Below, one piece after another: positions 20,468 to 29,770 of a stretch of DNA of 64,000 bases; position 1 is the stretch's first letter, and every line of letters starts with the position of its first letter. Location of the stretch: assembly GCA_946546815.1 (NCBI GenBank), contig CAMNOL010000001.1:4998-68997 (forward strand), written 5' to 3'. Both the position numbers and the translations under genes were made by a program. A model generated the notes under the pieces. The model saw only the letters and a program-made list of their open reading frames with translations. It did not search any database and had not been told where the DNA came from. This stretch comes from an uncultured Oscillospiraceae bacterium. GTDB lineage: Bacteria > Bacillota > Clostridia > Oscillospirales > Oscillospiraceae.

Positions 20468-21577
20468 TTACTGACCTGCCCGCAGACGCACCGGCAGCAC
20501 CATATAAATAAAGTTCTCCGGCTTGCCTTCCTCCGGAACCATCACGCAGGGGGAAACGGGGGTGTTCAGCTTCAGCCGCAGCACGTCGGCAGGCACCGCC
20601 TTCAGCGCGTCCAGCATATATTTGTTGTTGAATCCGATTTCCAGGCGCTCCCCGTCGGACACCACGTTGCACTCGTCGTAAGCCGTACCGATGGCAGTGG
20701 CTGTCTTGAACTTCAGCAGGTTGCCCTCCAGCGTGCAGCGCAGGGGGCTCTTCTGCTGCTCCGTGATGATGAGGGAGCAGCGGTCGATGGAGGAGATCAG
20801 CTGTTTCCGGTCCGCCGTGACATTGATGGGGTTGCTCATGGGGATGGAGTTCTTGTAGTTCAGGAACTCTCCCTCCAGCCGACGGGAGATCAGCGTCACA
20901 TTGCCGGTCTTGAACATGATGTGCCGGGCGCCCTGTACGATGTCGATGGTCTCCTCCGTATCGGAACAGATTTTGGACACCTCACTGAGGGAGGCTGCCG
21001 GAACCACAAAGGAACAGGGCTTGCCCCCCTTGGCCTCTTCCCGTCTCAGCGCCAGGCGGTAGCCGTCCACTGCCACCACCGTCAGCTGGCCCTGATCGTC
21101 CAGCTCAAACAGCTCGCCGGTGTGAATGGGACGGCTGTCATCGTGGCTCACTGCGAACAGGGTCTGATTGATCATGCTCATCAGCGTGCGCTGCTCCATG
21201 GTGATGGTATTCTGATATTCCACGTTGGGCAGGTCGGGGTATTCCTCCGCACTGGAGCCCTGAATCTTGAACTCGCTCATGCCGCACCGAATGGTGACGG
21301 TTTCTTTTTCTGTCGAAATGGACACCAGCTCATCGGGCAGGCGGCGAATGATCTCGCCAAAGAGCCGGGAAGAGACGACAATCGAGCCTTCCTCCTGAAT
21401 GTCGGCAGAAACAACCGTTCGAATACCGGTTTTCATATTGTATCCGGTGAGCTGAAGCTGATCTGTCGCTTCTATAAGGATACCTTCCAGTGCAGGAATG
21501 GAACTCTTAACTGCCACTGTCCGAGATGTAATCGCAATGATGGATTGAAGAATGGATTTCTCGCAGGAAAAGCGCAT
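20468..21577 (-). CDS. dnaN: DNA polymerase III beta clamp
   Basis: VAVDGYRLA, SRRLEGEF, IGFNNKY, VLPVR. Confidence 0.97.
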   Translation of the reverse strand: MRFSCEKSILQSIIAITSRTVAVKSSIPALEGILIEATDQLQLTGYNMKTGIRTVVSADIQEEGSIVVSSRLFGEIIRRLPDELVSISTEKETVTIRCGMSEFKIQGSSAEEYPDLPNVEYQNTITMEQRTLMSMINQTLFAVSHDDSRPIHTGELFELDDQGQLTVVAVDGYRLALRREEAKGGKPCSFVVPAASLSEVSKICSDTEETIDIVQGARHIMFKTGNVTLISRRLEGEFLNYKNSIPMSNPINVTADRKQLISSIDRCSLIITEQQKSPLRCTLEGNLLKFKTATAIGTAYDECNVVSDGERLEIGFNNKYMLDALKAVPADVLRLKLNTPVSPCVMVPEEGKPENFIYMVLPVRLRAGQ

Positions 21578-21589
21578 GAAACAAACCCT

Positions 21590-21860
21590 CCGTTCGTTTA
21601 TAAGAAAAGATCATAAAAATAGTAGTGGTAGTAGGGGTGAGAGCTTTGTGGAAAAGAAAAATTTCCCTTGAAATTGCAGGAAAAAATGCATCCACAGGAT
21701 AACCGGAGGTTCTCCACAGCTTTCCACAAAGTGCCTGGAAACGTTTTACTTCTGCACAGAACGCTTTTCCACATCTGTATAACTCCTGAGGAAACTGTGC
21801 AAAATCCGCCGGGTGTTAGAAAGGGTCAGACGCTCACGAAATATTACAAATTGTATAATC
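21590..21860. other. Replication origin oriC (unwinding module: DnaA-trios, AT-rich tract, DnaA boxes)
   Basis: TAG TAG TGG TAG TAG trios at 21620-21634 next to a GGGG tract and an AT-rich stretch towards dnaN. Box-like 9-mers at 21647, 21688, 21710, 21720, 21765 and 21796. Confidence 0.85.
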
Positions 21861-21945
21861 CTGGACAGGCCGGCCCCTGACTACTGTTTGTATCTGTCCG
21901 CGCGTCGCGTACACACACAGGGGCGACGTACTTTGCTATTTCCCG

Positions 21946-23265
21946 TCAGTAGGTGCGGGAGTTGATGTTGGCCTTGATGTCTTTGATGATGTCCGCCAGG
22001 CCCTTGTCCGTCTTCAGGGCGGTTTCGATTTTTTCGACGGAGTGCATCACGGTGGTGTGGTGCATTCCATAGAACTTGCCCATTTCCGGCAGGCTCATGC
22101 TGGTCATAGAGCGGACGATGTACATACTCACCTGGCGGGCCAGCACGATGTTGGCCTTACGGCTGCTGCCCAACAGCACCTTGGAGTCCAGGTCGTAGAA
22201 CTTGGCGGTCTCCTCCAGGATCACATCGGCGGAGGGAGTCAGCTCATCGGTGGCCCGGATCAGCTCCCGGATGGCCCGGCCGGCGGTGACGTCGTCCACG
22301 TTGCTGCCCAGCAGATCCCGATAGGCCATGAGCTTTTTCAGGGATCCTTCCAGCTGCCGCACATTGGAGGTGATGTTGTGGGCGATGTATTCAATGATAT
22401 CCGGGGGCATATTCAGGCCCAGCAGCAGCGCCTTGTCTTTGATAATGGCGCAGCGGGTCTCATAGTCCGGCGGCTGAATGTCTGCCATCAGTCCCCACTC
22501 AAACCGGGTGCGGAGACGGTCCTCCAGCCGGTTCATCTCAGATGGGGGGCGGTCGGAGGTCAGCACAATCTGCCGGCCTGCCTCGTGCAGGTTGTTGAAG
22601 GTGTTGAAGAATTCCTCCTGGGTGGCGTCCTTGCCGGCGATGAACTGAATATCGTCCACCAGCAGCAGGTCTTTGTCCCGGTACTTTTGACGGAAGGCGT
22701 CGGTGGAATTCAGGCGGATGGCCTCGTTCAGCTCGTTGGTGAACTCGTCGCCCTTTACGTAGATAATTTCATACTCCGGGTGGCTCTGCCGAATGGCGTG
22801 GTAGATGGCGTAGAGCAGGTGGGTCTTGCCCAGACCGGACTCGCCGTAGAGAAACAGCGGATTGTAGCTCCGGCCCGGCGCATCTGACACCGCCCGGGCG
22901 GCATTGTACGCAAACCGGTTAGAGGAACCCACCACAAACCGGTCAAAGGTGTATTCTTCGCTGCCCATCAGAATGTTCCGGTTCTCGGAGGGAGCGGAGG
23001 ACTGGAATTTGGCCGCGTCTGCCGGGTCCAGCACCAGCACCTCAATGTCAGAGGCAAACAGCTCCCGCAGGGACTTTTTCAGCAGCTCAATGTACCGGGT
23101 ACGGATGATGTTGGCCTTAAAAGACTCCGGATGGGTCAGAACCAGCTGGTTTCCCTCAAAGGCGAGGGCGGTGACGCCACTGAACCAGGTGGAGATTGCG
23201 GTCTCTGTCAGGTCACTTTTCAGCAGAGGGAGCACGTTGGCCCAGACCTCAGCGGCAGAATTCAT
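21946..23265 (-). CDS. dnaA: Chromosomal replication initiator DnaA
   Basis: YTFDRFVVG, YNPLFLYGESGLGKTHL, LLVDDIQF, RLRTRFEWG, NVRQLEG, HTTV. Confidence 0.98.
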   Translation of the reverse strand: MNSAAEVWANVLPLLKSDLTETAISTWFSGVTALAFEGNQLVLTHPESFKANIIRTRYIELLKKSLRELFASDIEVLVLDPADAAKFQSSAPSENRNILMGSEEYTFDRFVVGSSNRFAYNAARAVSDAPGRSYNPLFLYGESGLGKTHLLYAIYHAIRQSHPEYEIIYVKGDEFTNELNEAIRLNSTDAFRQKYRDKDLLLVDDIQFIAGKDATQEEFFNTFNNLHEAGRQIVLTSDRPPSEMNRLEDRLRTRFEWGLMADIQPPDYETRCAIIKDKALLLGLNMPPDIIEYIAHNITSNVRQLEGSLKKLMAYRDLLGSNVDDVTAGRAIRELIRATDELTPSADVILEETAKFYDLDSKVLLGSSRKANIVLARQVSMYIVRSMTSMSLPEMGKFYGMHHTTVMHSVEKIETALKTDKGLADIIKDIKANINSRTY

Positions 23266-23336
23266 GTCAAAACCTCTTTTCTTACGGGACGCAGGAGAGC
23301 AGAGGCTGTTCCTGCCTGTGCACGGCAATGTTTCCC

Positions 23337-23604
23337 TGTGGAAAAATGCACAAATCACCCTATCATAATAATAATTGATTATAGCACAGAATGACCTTTC
23401 ATACAATGAAAATTTCCACAGAACCGTGTGCAAAAGCGCTGAAAAGGCTGGCAAACGCTCCAACGGTGGTTTGTGTGCAGAGAGACGCGGAAGGGGAAAA
23501 CGCCCGCTGAGGGCCAATCAGCGCGGATTGGCAGAGAACGCGCCGGCGGTGAAGAATCCAAAAATTCCTGGGGGAGCGGCATTTTCAAGAGAAGCTGTGG
23601 AAAG
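23337..23604. promoter_or_regulatory. Upstream DnaA-box cluster and dnaA promoter
   Basis: Box-like 9-mers at 23337, 23412, 23427 and 23596. Minus-strand TTGTAT(23406)-17 bp-TATAAT(23378). Confidence 0.7.
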
Positions 23605-23654
23605 AAACAGGGCCGGGCCGCCGGATCTGCAGGCGAAAAACCAAAAAATTTGTG

Positions 23655-23684
23655 TTGACACAGGGGAAAGCAATCGGTTATAAT
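23655..23684 (+). promoter_or_regulatory. SigA-type promoter of the rpmH operon
   Basis: TTGACA-18 bp-TATAAT. Confidence 0.8.
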
Positions 23685-23832
23685 GACAAATGCGTTATAG
23701 TGTCCCATGGGGATATTCTGCGCTGTGTTAATAACTGGCGGTTCCGGAGGAGCCCGCTCCCGCCGAACCGAAGAGAACTTTGGAAGCAATGCGTCTGCGG
23801 ACGGCGGAGCTTCCCTGATGGAGGTGTAACGA

Positions 23833-23973
23833 ATGGCTACCAAACGTACCTATCAGCCCAAAAAGCTTCACGGTCAGAAGGTTCACGGTTTCCGTGCCCG
23901 TATGTCCACCAAGAATGGCCGCAAGGTTCTGGCTCGCCGCCGTGCCAAGGGCCGCGCTCAGCTGAGCTACTAA
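23833..23973 (+). CDS. rpmH: 50S ribosomal protein L34 (not in the ORF track)
   Basis: Translated by hand: [46 protein letters not shown]; GGAGGT RBS. Confidence 0.97.
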   Translation: MATKRTYQPKKLHGQKVHGFRARMSTKNGRKVLARRRAKGRAQLSY

Positions 23974-24111
23974 GAAGCTCAAACAAATTGCATATTGCGA
24001 TTACGAGGGGTGGAGGAGTGCATCTTCCACCCCTGTTCAATGTCATCAAGGGAAGAAAAAAGGGGGTCCCCCCCTGTTCTTCCTGGTTTCTGTCAGAAGG
24101 GAGGTGCAGCT

Positions 24112-24492
24112 GTGAAGAAGACAGTGACCATCAAATCCAACCGGGAATTTCAGCGGCTGTACCGCCGGGGCAAATCCGGAGTCAGCGGCACGCTGGTGGT
24201 TTACTGGCAGAAGAACCGGCACGGAGACAGCCGCCTGGGCATCACCACCGGAACCAAGCTGGGCCACGCGGTGGTTCGCAACCGGGTGCGCCGTCAGATT
24301 CGGGAGATCTACCGCCTGAACAAGGAAAAGCTGCTGCCGGGGCGGGATATCATCATTGTCGCCCGGGTGCGGGCGGTGAGTGCTGGGTATCACGTCATGG
24401 AGCGGGATTTTCTGCGCACGGCCAGAAAGCTGGGCCTGCTGGCGGCTGAGGCGAAGAAACAGGAGACGGGGAAAGGGGCGACAAAGCCGTGA
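24112..24492 (+). CDS. rnpA: Ribonuclease P protein component
   Basis: [22 protein letters not shown]...AVVRNRVRR; GTG start after GGAGG. Confidence 0.95.
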   Translation: MKKTVTIKSNREFQRLYRRGKSGVSGTLVVYWQKNRHGDSRLGITTGTKLGHAVVRNRVRRQIREIYRLNKEKLLPGRDIIIVARVRAVSAGYHVMERDFLRTARKLGLLAAEAKKQETGKGATKP

Positions 24493-24707
24493 AAAAACTG
24501 CTGCTCCTGCTGATCCGGTTCTACCAGACCCGAATTTCTCCCGCCACTCCCCCCAGCTGCCGGTTTATTCCCACCTGCTCCGAGTACGCCCGGCAGGCGG
24601 TGGAAAAGTACGGCGCCGCCCGGGGATCTCTGCTGGCGGCCAAACGCCTGGCCAAATGTCAGCCGTTCCACAAACAGAAAAGCATCGAATACGACCCGGT
24701 TCCTTAG
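24489..24707 (+). CDS. yidD: Membrane protein insertion efficiency factor
   Basis: [10 protein letters not shown]...YG...RLAKCQPF...YDPVP. Confidence 0.95.
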   Translation: MKKLLLLLIRFYQTRISPATPPSCRFIPTCSEYARQAVEKYGAARGSLLAAKRLAKCQPFHKQKSIEYDPVP

Positions 24708-24862
24708 AGCCTGTTTCCAATCTCCCTGCGCACATTCTTTCGGCCTGAGAGTTGAAACAGTCTCTTGTTGGGAACTGCTACCCCTGATCCCATCAGGACC
24801 GACTTCCCCTGAGGAGCGGCCTGTCGTGGAAATATACCCCCAGAGAAGGAGGACGCCGAACA

Positions 24863-26188
24863 ATGATTACTGCCTTTTTGCGAATCTTCGGCAAACTACT
24901 GCTGTGGATCTATCAGTTCTGCCACAGCTACGCACTGTCCCTGATCCTGTTCACCCTGCTGACCAAGATCCTGCTCTTCTACTTTTCCTACCAGGGAAAA
25001 AAGAGCATGATGCAGACTACCGCCATGCAGGGCGAGATCGAAAAGCTGAAAAAGCAGTTCGGGAAAGATCAGGCAAGACTGAACGAGGAGACCCAGAAGC
25101 TCTATGAGCGGGAGGGCGTCAACCCCATGGGCGGCTGCGTCTGGATGATGGTCCCCATGGTCATTCTGATGGGCCTGTACTACATCATCCGCCGGCCCAT
25201 GTTCTACATGATGGCGCTGTCCAACGATGAGATCACCGCCGCAATGGAAGCGGTGGAAAAGCTGGGCGTCAATCTGGGCACCAATGCCGCTTACAAGGAG
25301 ATGACACTGGCCGGCCTGATGAACAGCGACACCTCTGTCTGGAACGCGGTTGCCGGTGCAGTGGGTGACAGCGCATCCAAGCTGGCTCACATCGACTTCC
25401 ACTGGCTGGGACTGGATCTGGCACAGGTTCCCACCTGGAAGTTCTGGACCCAGGAGCTCAAATGGAGCAACATCGGCCTGACCCTGATTCCCGTAGTGGT
25501 GGTTCTTGTCAGCCTGCTCTACACGCAGCTGTCCCAGAAAACCAACCAGATGAATATGGGCAAGACGGGGGAGCAGAATGAGAGCGTGACCCAGACCAAC
25601 CGCACCATGATGATCATGATGCCGCTGATGTACCTGTGGTTCGGCTACATCATGCCTGCCGGAATGTGCGTCTACATGATCTTCAACTCCCTGTTCATGG
25701 CCATTCAGGAAGTGATCTGCGCCTGGATGCTGCGGGGAAAGTTCGCGGAGATTCAGGCTGCCACGGAGCGCCGGGCTCTGGAGGCCAAGGAAGAGGAAAA
25801 ACGCCGCAAGGCGGAGATCGCCGCCCGCCGCGCCGAAGAGGCCGCCCGGATGAAGACCAAAAAAGGCCGTCAGCTGGCGAAGCAGCAGAAGAAGACCAGC
25901 AAGGACCGCCCCACTGAGTTTACCCGCGTGGGGGTGCGCGCCTATGCCCGGGGCCGCGCTTATGATCCCAACCGCTATCCGGTGACGCCTTACCGCGATC
26001 CTCAGGATGTGCTGGACGAGGCCGCTCTGGAGGCTGCGCTGAGCAGCAAGGGCAAGCTGCCCCCCGCAGAAGAAGTGGAAGAGCCGGTGGATCAGATTCA
26101 GGATCTGCCTGAGACCGTGGAGGTCCAGAACGCAGAGGAAGCGTTTGATGCCATCAACGAGGAAATCAACGGCGGCGAAGAGGAATAA
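24863..26188 (+). CDS. yidC: Membrane protein insertase YidC/Oxa1 with a long C-terminal tail
   Basis: ETQKLYEREGVNPMGGC, TM segments, PAGMCVY; canonical position. Confidence 0.93.
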   Translation: MITAFLRIFGKLLLWIYQFCHSYALSLILFTLLTKILLFYFSYQGKKSMMQTTAMQGEIEKLKKQFGKDQARLNEETQKLYEREGVNPMGGCVWMMVPMVILMGLYYIIRRPMFYMMALSNDEITAAMEAVEKLGVNLGTNAAYKEMTLAGLMNSDTSVWNAVAGAVGDSASKLAHIDFHWLGLDLAQVPTWKFWTQELKWSNIGLTLIPVVVVLVSLLYTQLSQKTNQMNMGKTGEQNESVTQTNRTMMIMMPLMYLWFGYIMPAGMCVYMIFNSLFMAIQEVICAWMLRGKFAEIQAATERRALEAKEEEKRRKAEIAARRAEEAARMKTKKGRQLAKQQKKTSKDRPTEFTRVGVRAYARGRAYDPNRYPVTPYRDPQDVLDEAALEAALSSKGKLPPAEEVEEPVDQIQDLPETVEVQNAEEAFDAINEEINGGEEE

Positions 26189-26233
26189 TTTCTCAACTGC
26201 CATGGAATTGAGTAGAAAGGAAGGAATATTCCC

Positions 26234-27157
26234 ATGTTGAAATGGATCGAAGCAACCGGTAAAACGGAGAACGACGCCATTGCCGCTGCGCTGAAGCAGC
26301 TGGGGCTGGATCGAGACAGCGTGTCCGTGGAGGTAATTGCCCGTGCCAAGACCGGTTTTCTGGGCATTGGCAGCCAGCCTGCCCGCATCAAGGTGACCTA
26401 TGAGGTGCCCGATGAGCCCGCTCCTGCTCCTGTGGAGGAACAGAAGTCTGAGCCGGTGATGGAGAAAAAGCCTGAGAGCGCTCCCGCTGCCCCCGAGGAG
26501 AAAGCGGCTGCTCCCGTGGAGGAGAAGCCCGAAGAGGAGTCCCCCGCTGAGGAGAAAGCGCCCAGGAGAAAGCGCAGCCGCCGCAGAAAGAAGCCCCAGG
26601 AACAGAAGCCTGCCGCACCTGCTGTGGAAGAGGAAAAGTCCGTTGAGGAAAAGCCTGCTGAGGAGGAAGCTCCCGCAGCTCCCACTGAGCCGGCGCCGGA
26701 CCGCACGGAGTCCATCAGCGAATTCCTGACCGGTCTGATGGAGCGGCTGAACATCGACGCAAAGCCTGTGATTACCATCAACGAGGACAACATCTACGCC
26801 GTAGAGCTGGTGGGCGAGAACCTGGGCGGCCTGATCGGCCGCCGGGGGGAAACGCTGGACGCCATCCAGCAGCTGACCAACTACGCGGTGAACAACGGAC
26901 AGTCTCAGCGCGTGCGCATCCATATTGACGCAGAGAACTACCGGGCAAAGCGGGAGGAATCCCTGCAGCGCCTGGCCCGGAAAACCGCCGGCAAGGCCAT
27001 GAAGTACCGCCGCAATATGATGCTGGAGCCCATGAACGCCTACGAGCGTCATGTGATCCACGCTGCGCTGCAGGATTATGACCCGTCCATTACCACTTAC
27101 TCCACCGGCACCGAGCCCAACCGCCGCATTGTTGTGGCGTACAGCCGGAGCCGATAA
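26234..27157 (+). CDS. jag: RNA-binding protein Jag/EloR/KhpB (Jag_N, KH, R3H)
   Basis: GFLGIG, LIGRRGETLDAIQ, DAENYR, PMNAYERHVIH. Confidence 0.95.
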   Translation: MLKWIEATGKTENDAIAAALKQLGLDRDSVSVEVIARAKTGFLGIGSQPARIKVTYEVPDEPAPAPVEEQKSEPVMEKKPESAPAAPEEKAAAPVEEKPEEESPAEEKAPRRKRSRRRKKPQEQKPAAPAVEEEKSVEEKPAEEEAPAAPTEPAPDRTESISEFLTGLMERLNIDAKPVITINEDNIYAVELVGENLGGLIGRRGETLDAIQQLTNYAVNNGQSQRVRIHIDAENYRAKREESLQRLARKTAGKAMKYRRNMMLEPMNAYERHVIHAALQDYDPSITTYSTGTEPNRRIVVAYSRSR

Positions 27158-27163
27158 AAAACG

Positions 27164-27190
27164 ACAGGGCGGCGCTGCCGCCCTGTTTTT
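27164..27190 (+). terminator. Intrinsic terminator after jag
   Basis: ACAGGGCGGC/GCCGCCCTGT followed by TTTT. Confidence 0.8.
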
Positions 27191-27265
27191 GTCGTCGGAA
27201 GAAAAAGCGCTGCTCCACCGGCGACCCGTCGTCCTTGATTTCCATTGAACGAAAGGTCTGTTTCC

Positions 27266-28603
27266 ATGTCAACACCGCTGTATGATGCGCTGAAAAAGTT
27301 TTCCGGCAGCCGGCCTCTCCGCATGGCCATGCCCGGCCACAAGGGAAAGCCGATCCCCGGCATGGGGACGGAGTATTCGGAGCTGGATTTCACCGAGCTG
27401 CCCCCCACCGGCAACCTGTACGCCCCCGGCGGACCCATTGAACAGGCAGAGGGTCTCTGGGCCAAAGAATGGGGGGCAGATCACTGCCTGTTTCTCACTG
27501 GCGGCTCCACCCAGGGCATCCACACGGCGCTGCTCTGCGGCGGAAAACCCGGAGACACCATTCTGGTGGACCGGGTGAGCCATCGCAGCATTCACACGGG
27601 GATGGCGCTGCTGGACCTTCAACCGGTCTGGCTGGAGCGCCCCTGGCTGGCAGAGGCAGGGATTGTGGGGCCAATTGCCCCGGAAGCAGTGGAACAAGCC
27701 CTGTCCTGTGGGAAGAACATAAAAACTGTTTGTATTACCTCGCCGACCTATTACGGTGTGTTGTCTGATGTAGCTGAGATTGCCCGTATTTGTCATGCCC
27801 ACGGAGCGAAGCTGATTGTGGACGCAGCCCACGGTGCACACCTGCACCTGCTGGGAGAGAACTGTATGAAGGATGCAGATCTGGTGGTGGTTTCCGCTCA
27901 CAAGACCCTTCGGGCGCCGGGACAGTCTGCGCTGCTGTTTGCCCGGGAGCCGGTGACCATGGAGCAGCTCCGGGCCGCTTCCATGACCTTTGCCACGTCC
28001 TCCCCGTCCTATCCCATGATGGCGGCGCTGGACTGTGTGCGTGCGTATTACACGGACACCGGAAGGAGCGCTTATCAAAAGACAGCGGAGCTGACTGGGG
28101 CGCTGCGCCGGGATTATCCGTCTTTGAAGGACACGGATGGCCTGCTGGACCCCACCCGCTTCACCCTGTGTGTGGAGGACGGCTTTGCTGTGGAGGCGGC
28201 GCTGCAGCAGCAGAATATCTACCCGGAGATGGCGGACGCCGGTCATGTGGTGTTCATCCTCACCGACTGCGACGGACCTGAGGAATTCCAACGGCTCCGG
28301 GCCGGACTGGACAGCTTGGGGCTGCGAAAGAAACAGCGGAGGGGAAGCACGCTGCCGCCCCTCCCTCCCCTGCCGGAGACGGGGGCATCTCCCCGACAGG
28401 CGGCTTTTGGGGAGAAAAAATACGTGCCCTTTGAACAGGCGGCGGGAGAGATTGCCGCAGAGCAGCTGGCGCCCTATCCCCCCGGCGTTCCGGTGGTGGC
28501 GCCCGGGGAACAAATCCAGAAAAAAGCACTTTCCTATTTGGGTCAAATAGGCTATAATAAAGACGTTATCGCCTGTCTGGTTCGTCAGGAAGGGAAGGGC
28601 TGA
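27266..28603 (+). CDS. PLP-dependent Orn/Lys/Arg decarboxylase family (YaaO-like)
   Basis: MPGHKG, DFTEL, GGSTQG, TSPTYYG, DAAHG, SAHKT, TSSPSY, PYPPGVP. Confidence 0.88.
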   Translation: MSTPLYDALKKFSGSRPLRMAMPGHKGKPIPGMGTEYSELDFTELPPTGNLYAPGGPIEQAEGLWAKEWGADHCLFLTGGSTQGIHTALLCGGKPGDTILVDRVSHRSIHTGMALLDLQPVWLERPWLAEAGIVGPIAPEAVEQALSCGKNIKTVCITSPTYYGVLSDVAEIARICHAHGAKLIVDAAHGAHLHLLGENCMKDADLVVVSAHKTLRAPGQSALLFAREPVTMEQLRAASMTFATSSPSYPMMAALDCVRAYYTDTGRSAYQKTAELTGALRRDYPSLKDTDGLLDPTRFTLCVEDGFAVEAALQQQNIYPEMADAGHVVFILTDCDGPEEFQRLRAGLDSLGLRKKQRRGSTLPPLPPLPETGASPRQAAFGEKKYVPFEQAAGEIAAEQLAPYPPGVPVVAPGEQIQKKALSYLGQIGYNKDVIACLVRQEGKG

Positions 28604-28693
28604 GGGCAAAAAAACAGTCTGGGAAATCCCAGCTTTTCCCACTGCTTTCCTGATGATCGGATTGATCAGGGAAGGATGGAAGGAGGAAAGGCC

Positions 28694-29674
28694 ATGCGTT
28701 TGCCCGGACTGATCGGCAATGAGTCGCTGAAGCGCTCTCTGGCAGCCATGGAACGCCCTCCACACGCGGTGATCATCAGCGGCCCCAAGGGCTCCGGACG
28801 GCATACGCTGGCCCGGCTGCTGGCCCAGGCACATGTCTGCACGGGAAGGGAGATTCCCTGCGGCGTCTGCCCGGACTGCCGACGGGCGGCGGAGGGAATT
28901 CATCCGGATGTGATGGACCTCAGGACCTTTGTGCCGGAAAGCGATCTGAATAAGGATGTCAAAGTGAGTACCATCCGTGACATCCGGTCAGATGCCCAGA
29001 TTGCCCCCAATCAGGCGGGGAGAAAGGTCTATCTCATTGACCAGCCTATCAACCTGCCGGCTCAGAATGCCATGCTGAAGCTGCTGGAAGAGGGGCCCCC
29101 CTACGCTGCTTTTGTGATGATTACCGAGAACAGTGCTTCCCTGCTGGAAACCGTGCGGAGCCGCTGCGCCCAGCTGCGCACCGGTCCGGTGACACAGGCC
29201 CAGGCGGTGAATTTTCTGCGGGAGCGTTTTCCCCAACAGGATCAGAATGCCCTTTCTCAGGCCGCAGAAGCCGCTCAGGGGATTCTTGGCCGGGGGATAG
29301 AACTGCTTGAGGCAGGAACTCAAAATGACGATACAGCCCCTTACACGGAGCGCTGGCTCAACGCACTGCTCAGACGCAGTGAGCTGGCACTGATGGAGTG
29401 CGTCGCAGAGGTGCAGACAAAAAAAATCAGCCGGGAGACGGCGGAGCAGCTGTGGCTGACGTTGGGACAGGCCTTTCGTCAGGCGCTGCTGGTGTGTGCC
29501 GGTGCAGAGGCAGACTCGGAACAGGCCCGAAGGCTGGCACAGACATTTTCCCGCTCTCAGCTGCTGGAGTTTTACGATCTCATCCAGCAGGTCCGTGATA
29601 TGGGAACCTACAATGTGCCGCCGGCGCACAGCGCGGGCTGGCTGGCAGTCAAGCTGGCGGTCAGCTGCAGATAA
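28694..29674 (+). CDS. holB: DNA polymerase III delta-prime subunit
   Basis: GPKGSGR, zinc module C...CGVCPDC, HPDV, AQNAMLKLLEE, ETVRSRC; upstream of ricT. Confidence 0.88.
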   Translation: MRLPGLIGNESLKRSLAAMERPPHAVIISGPKGSGRHTLARLLAQAHVCTGREIPCGVCPDCRRAAEGIHPDVMDLRTFVPESDLNKDVKVSTIRDIRSDAQIAPNQAGRKVYLIDQPINLPAQNAMLKLLEEGPPYAAFVMITENSASLLETVRSRCAQLRTGPVTQAQAVNFLRERFPQQDQNALSQAAEAAQGILGRGIELLEAGTQNDDTAPYTERWLNALLRRSELALMECVAEVQTKKISRETAEQLWLTLGQAFRQALLVCAGAEADSEQARRLAQTFSRSQLLEFYDLIQQVRDMGTYNVPPAHSAGWLAVKLAVSCR

Positions 29675-29770
29675 AAGGGATTGATTTATAAAACAGCACC
29701 GATCCAGCGCTCTGCCTGTTTCGGGCAGGACAGGCGCCGTGCTGTGTGTTGACCAAGTGAGGATATTGAT

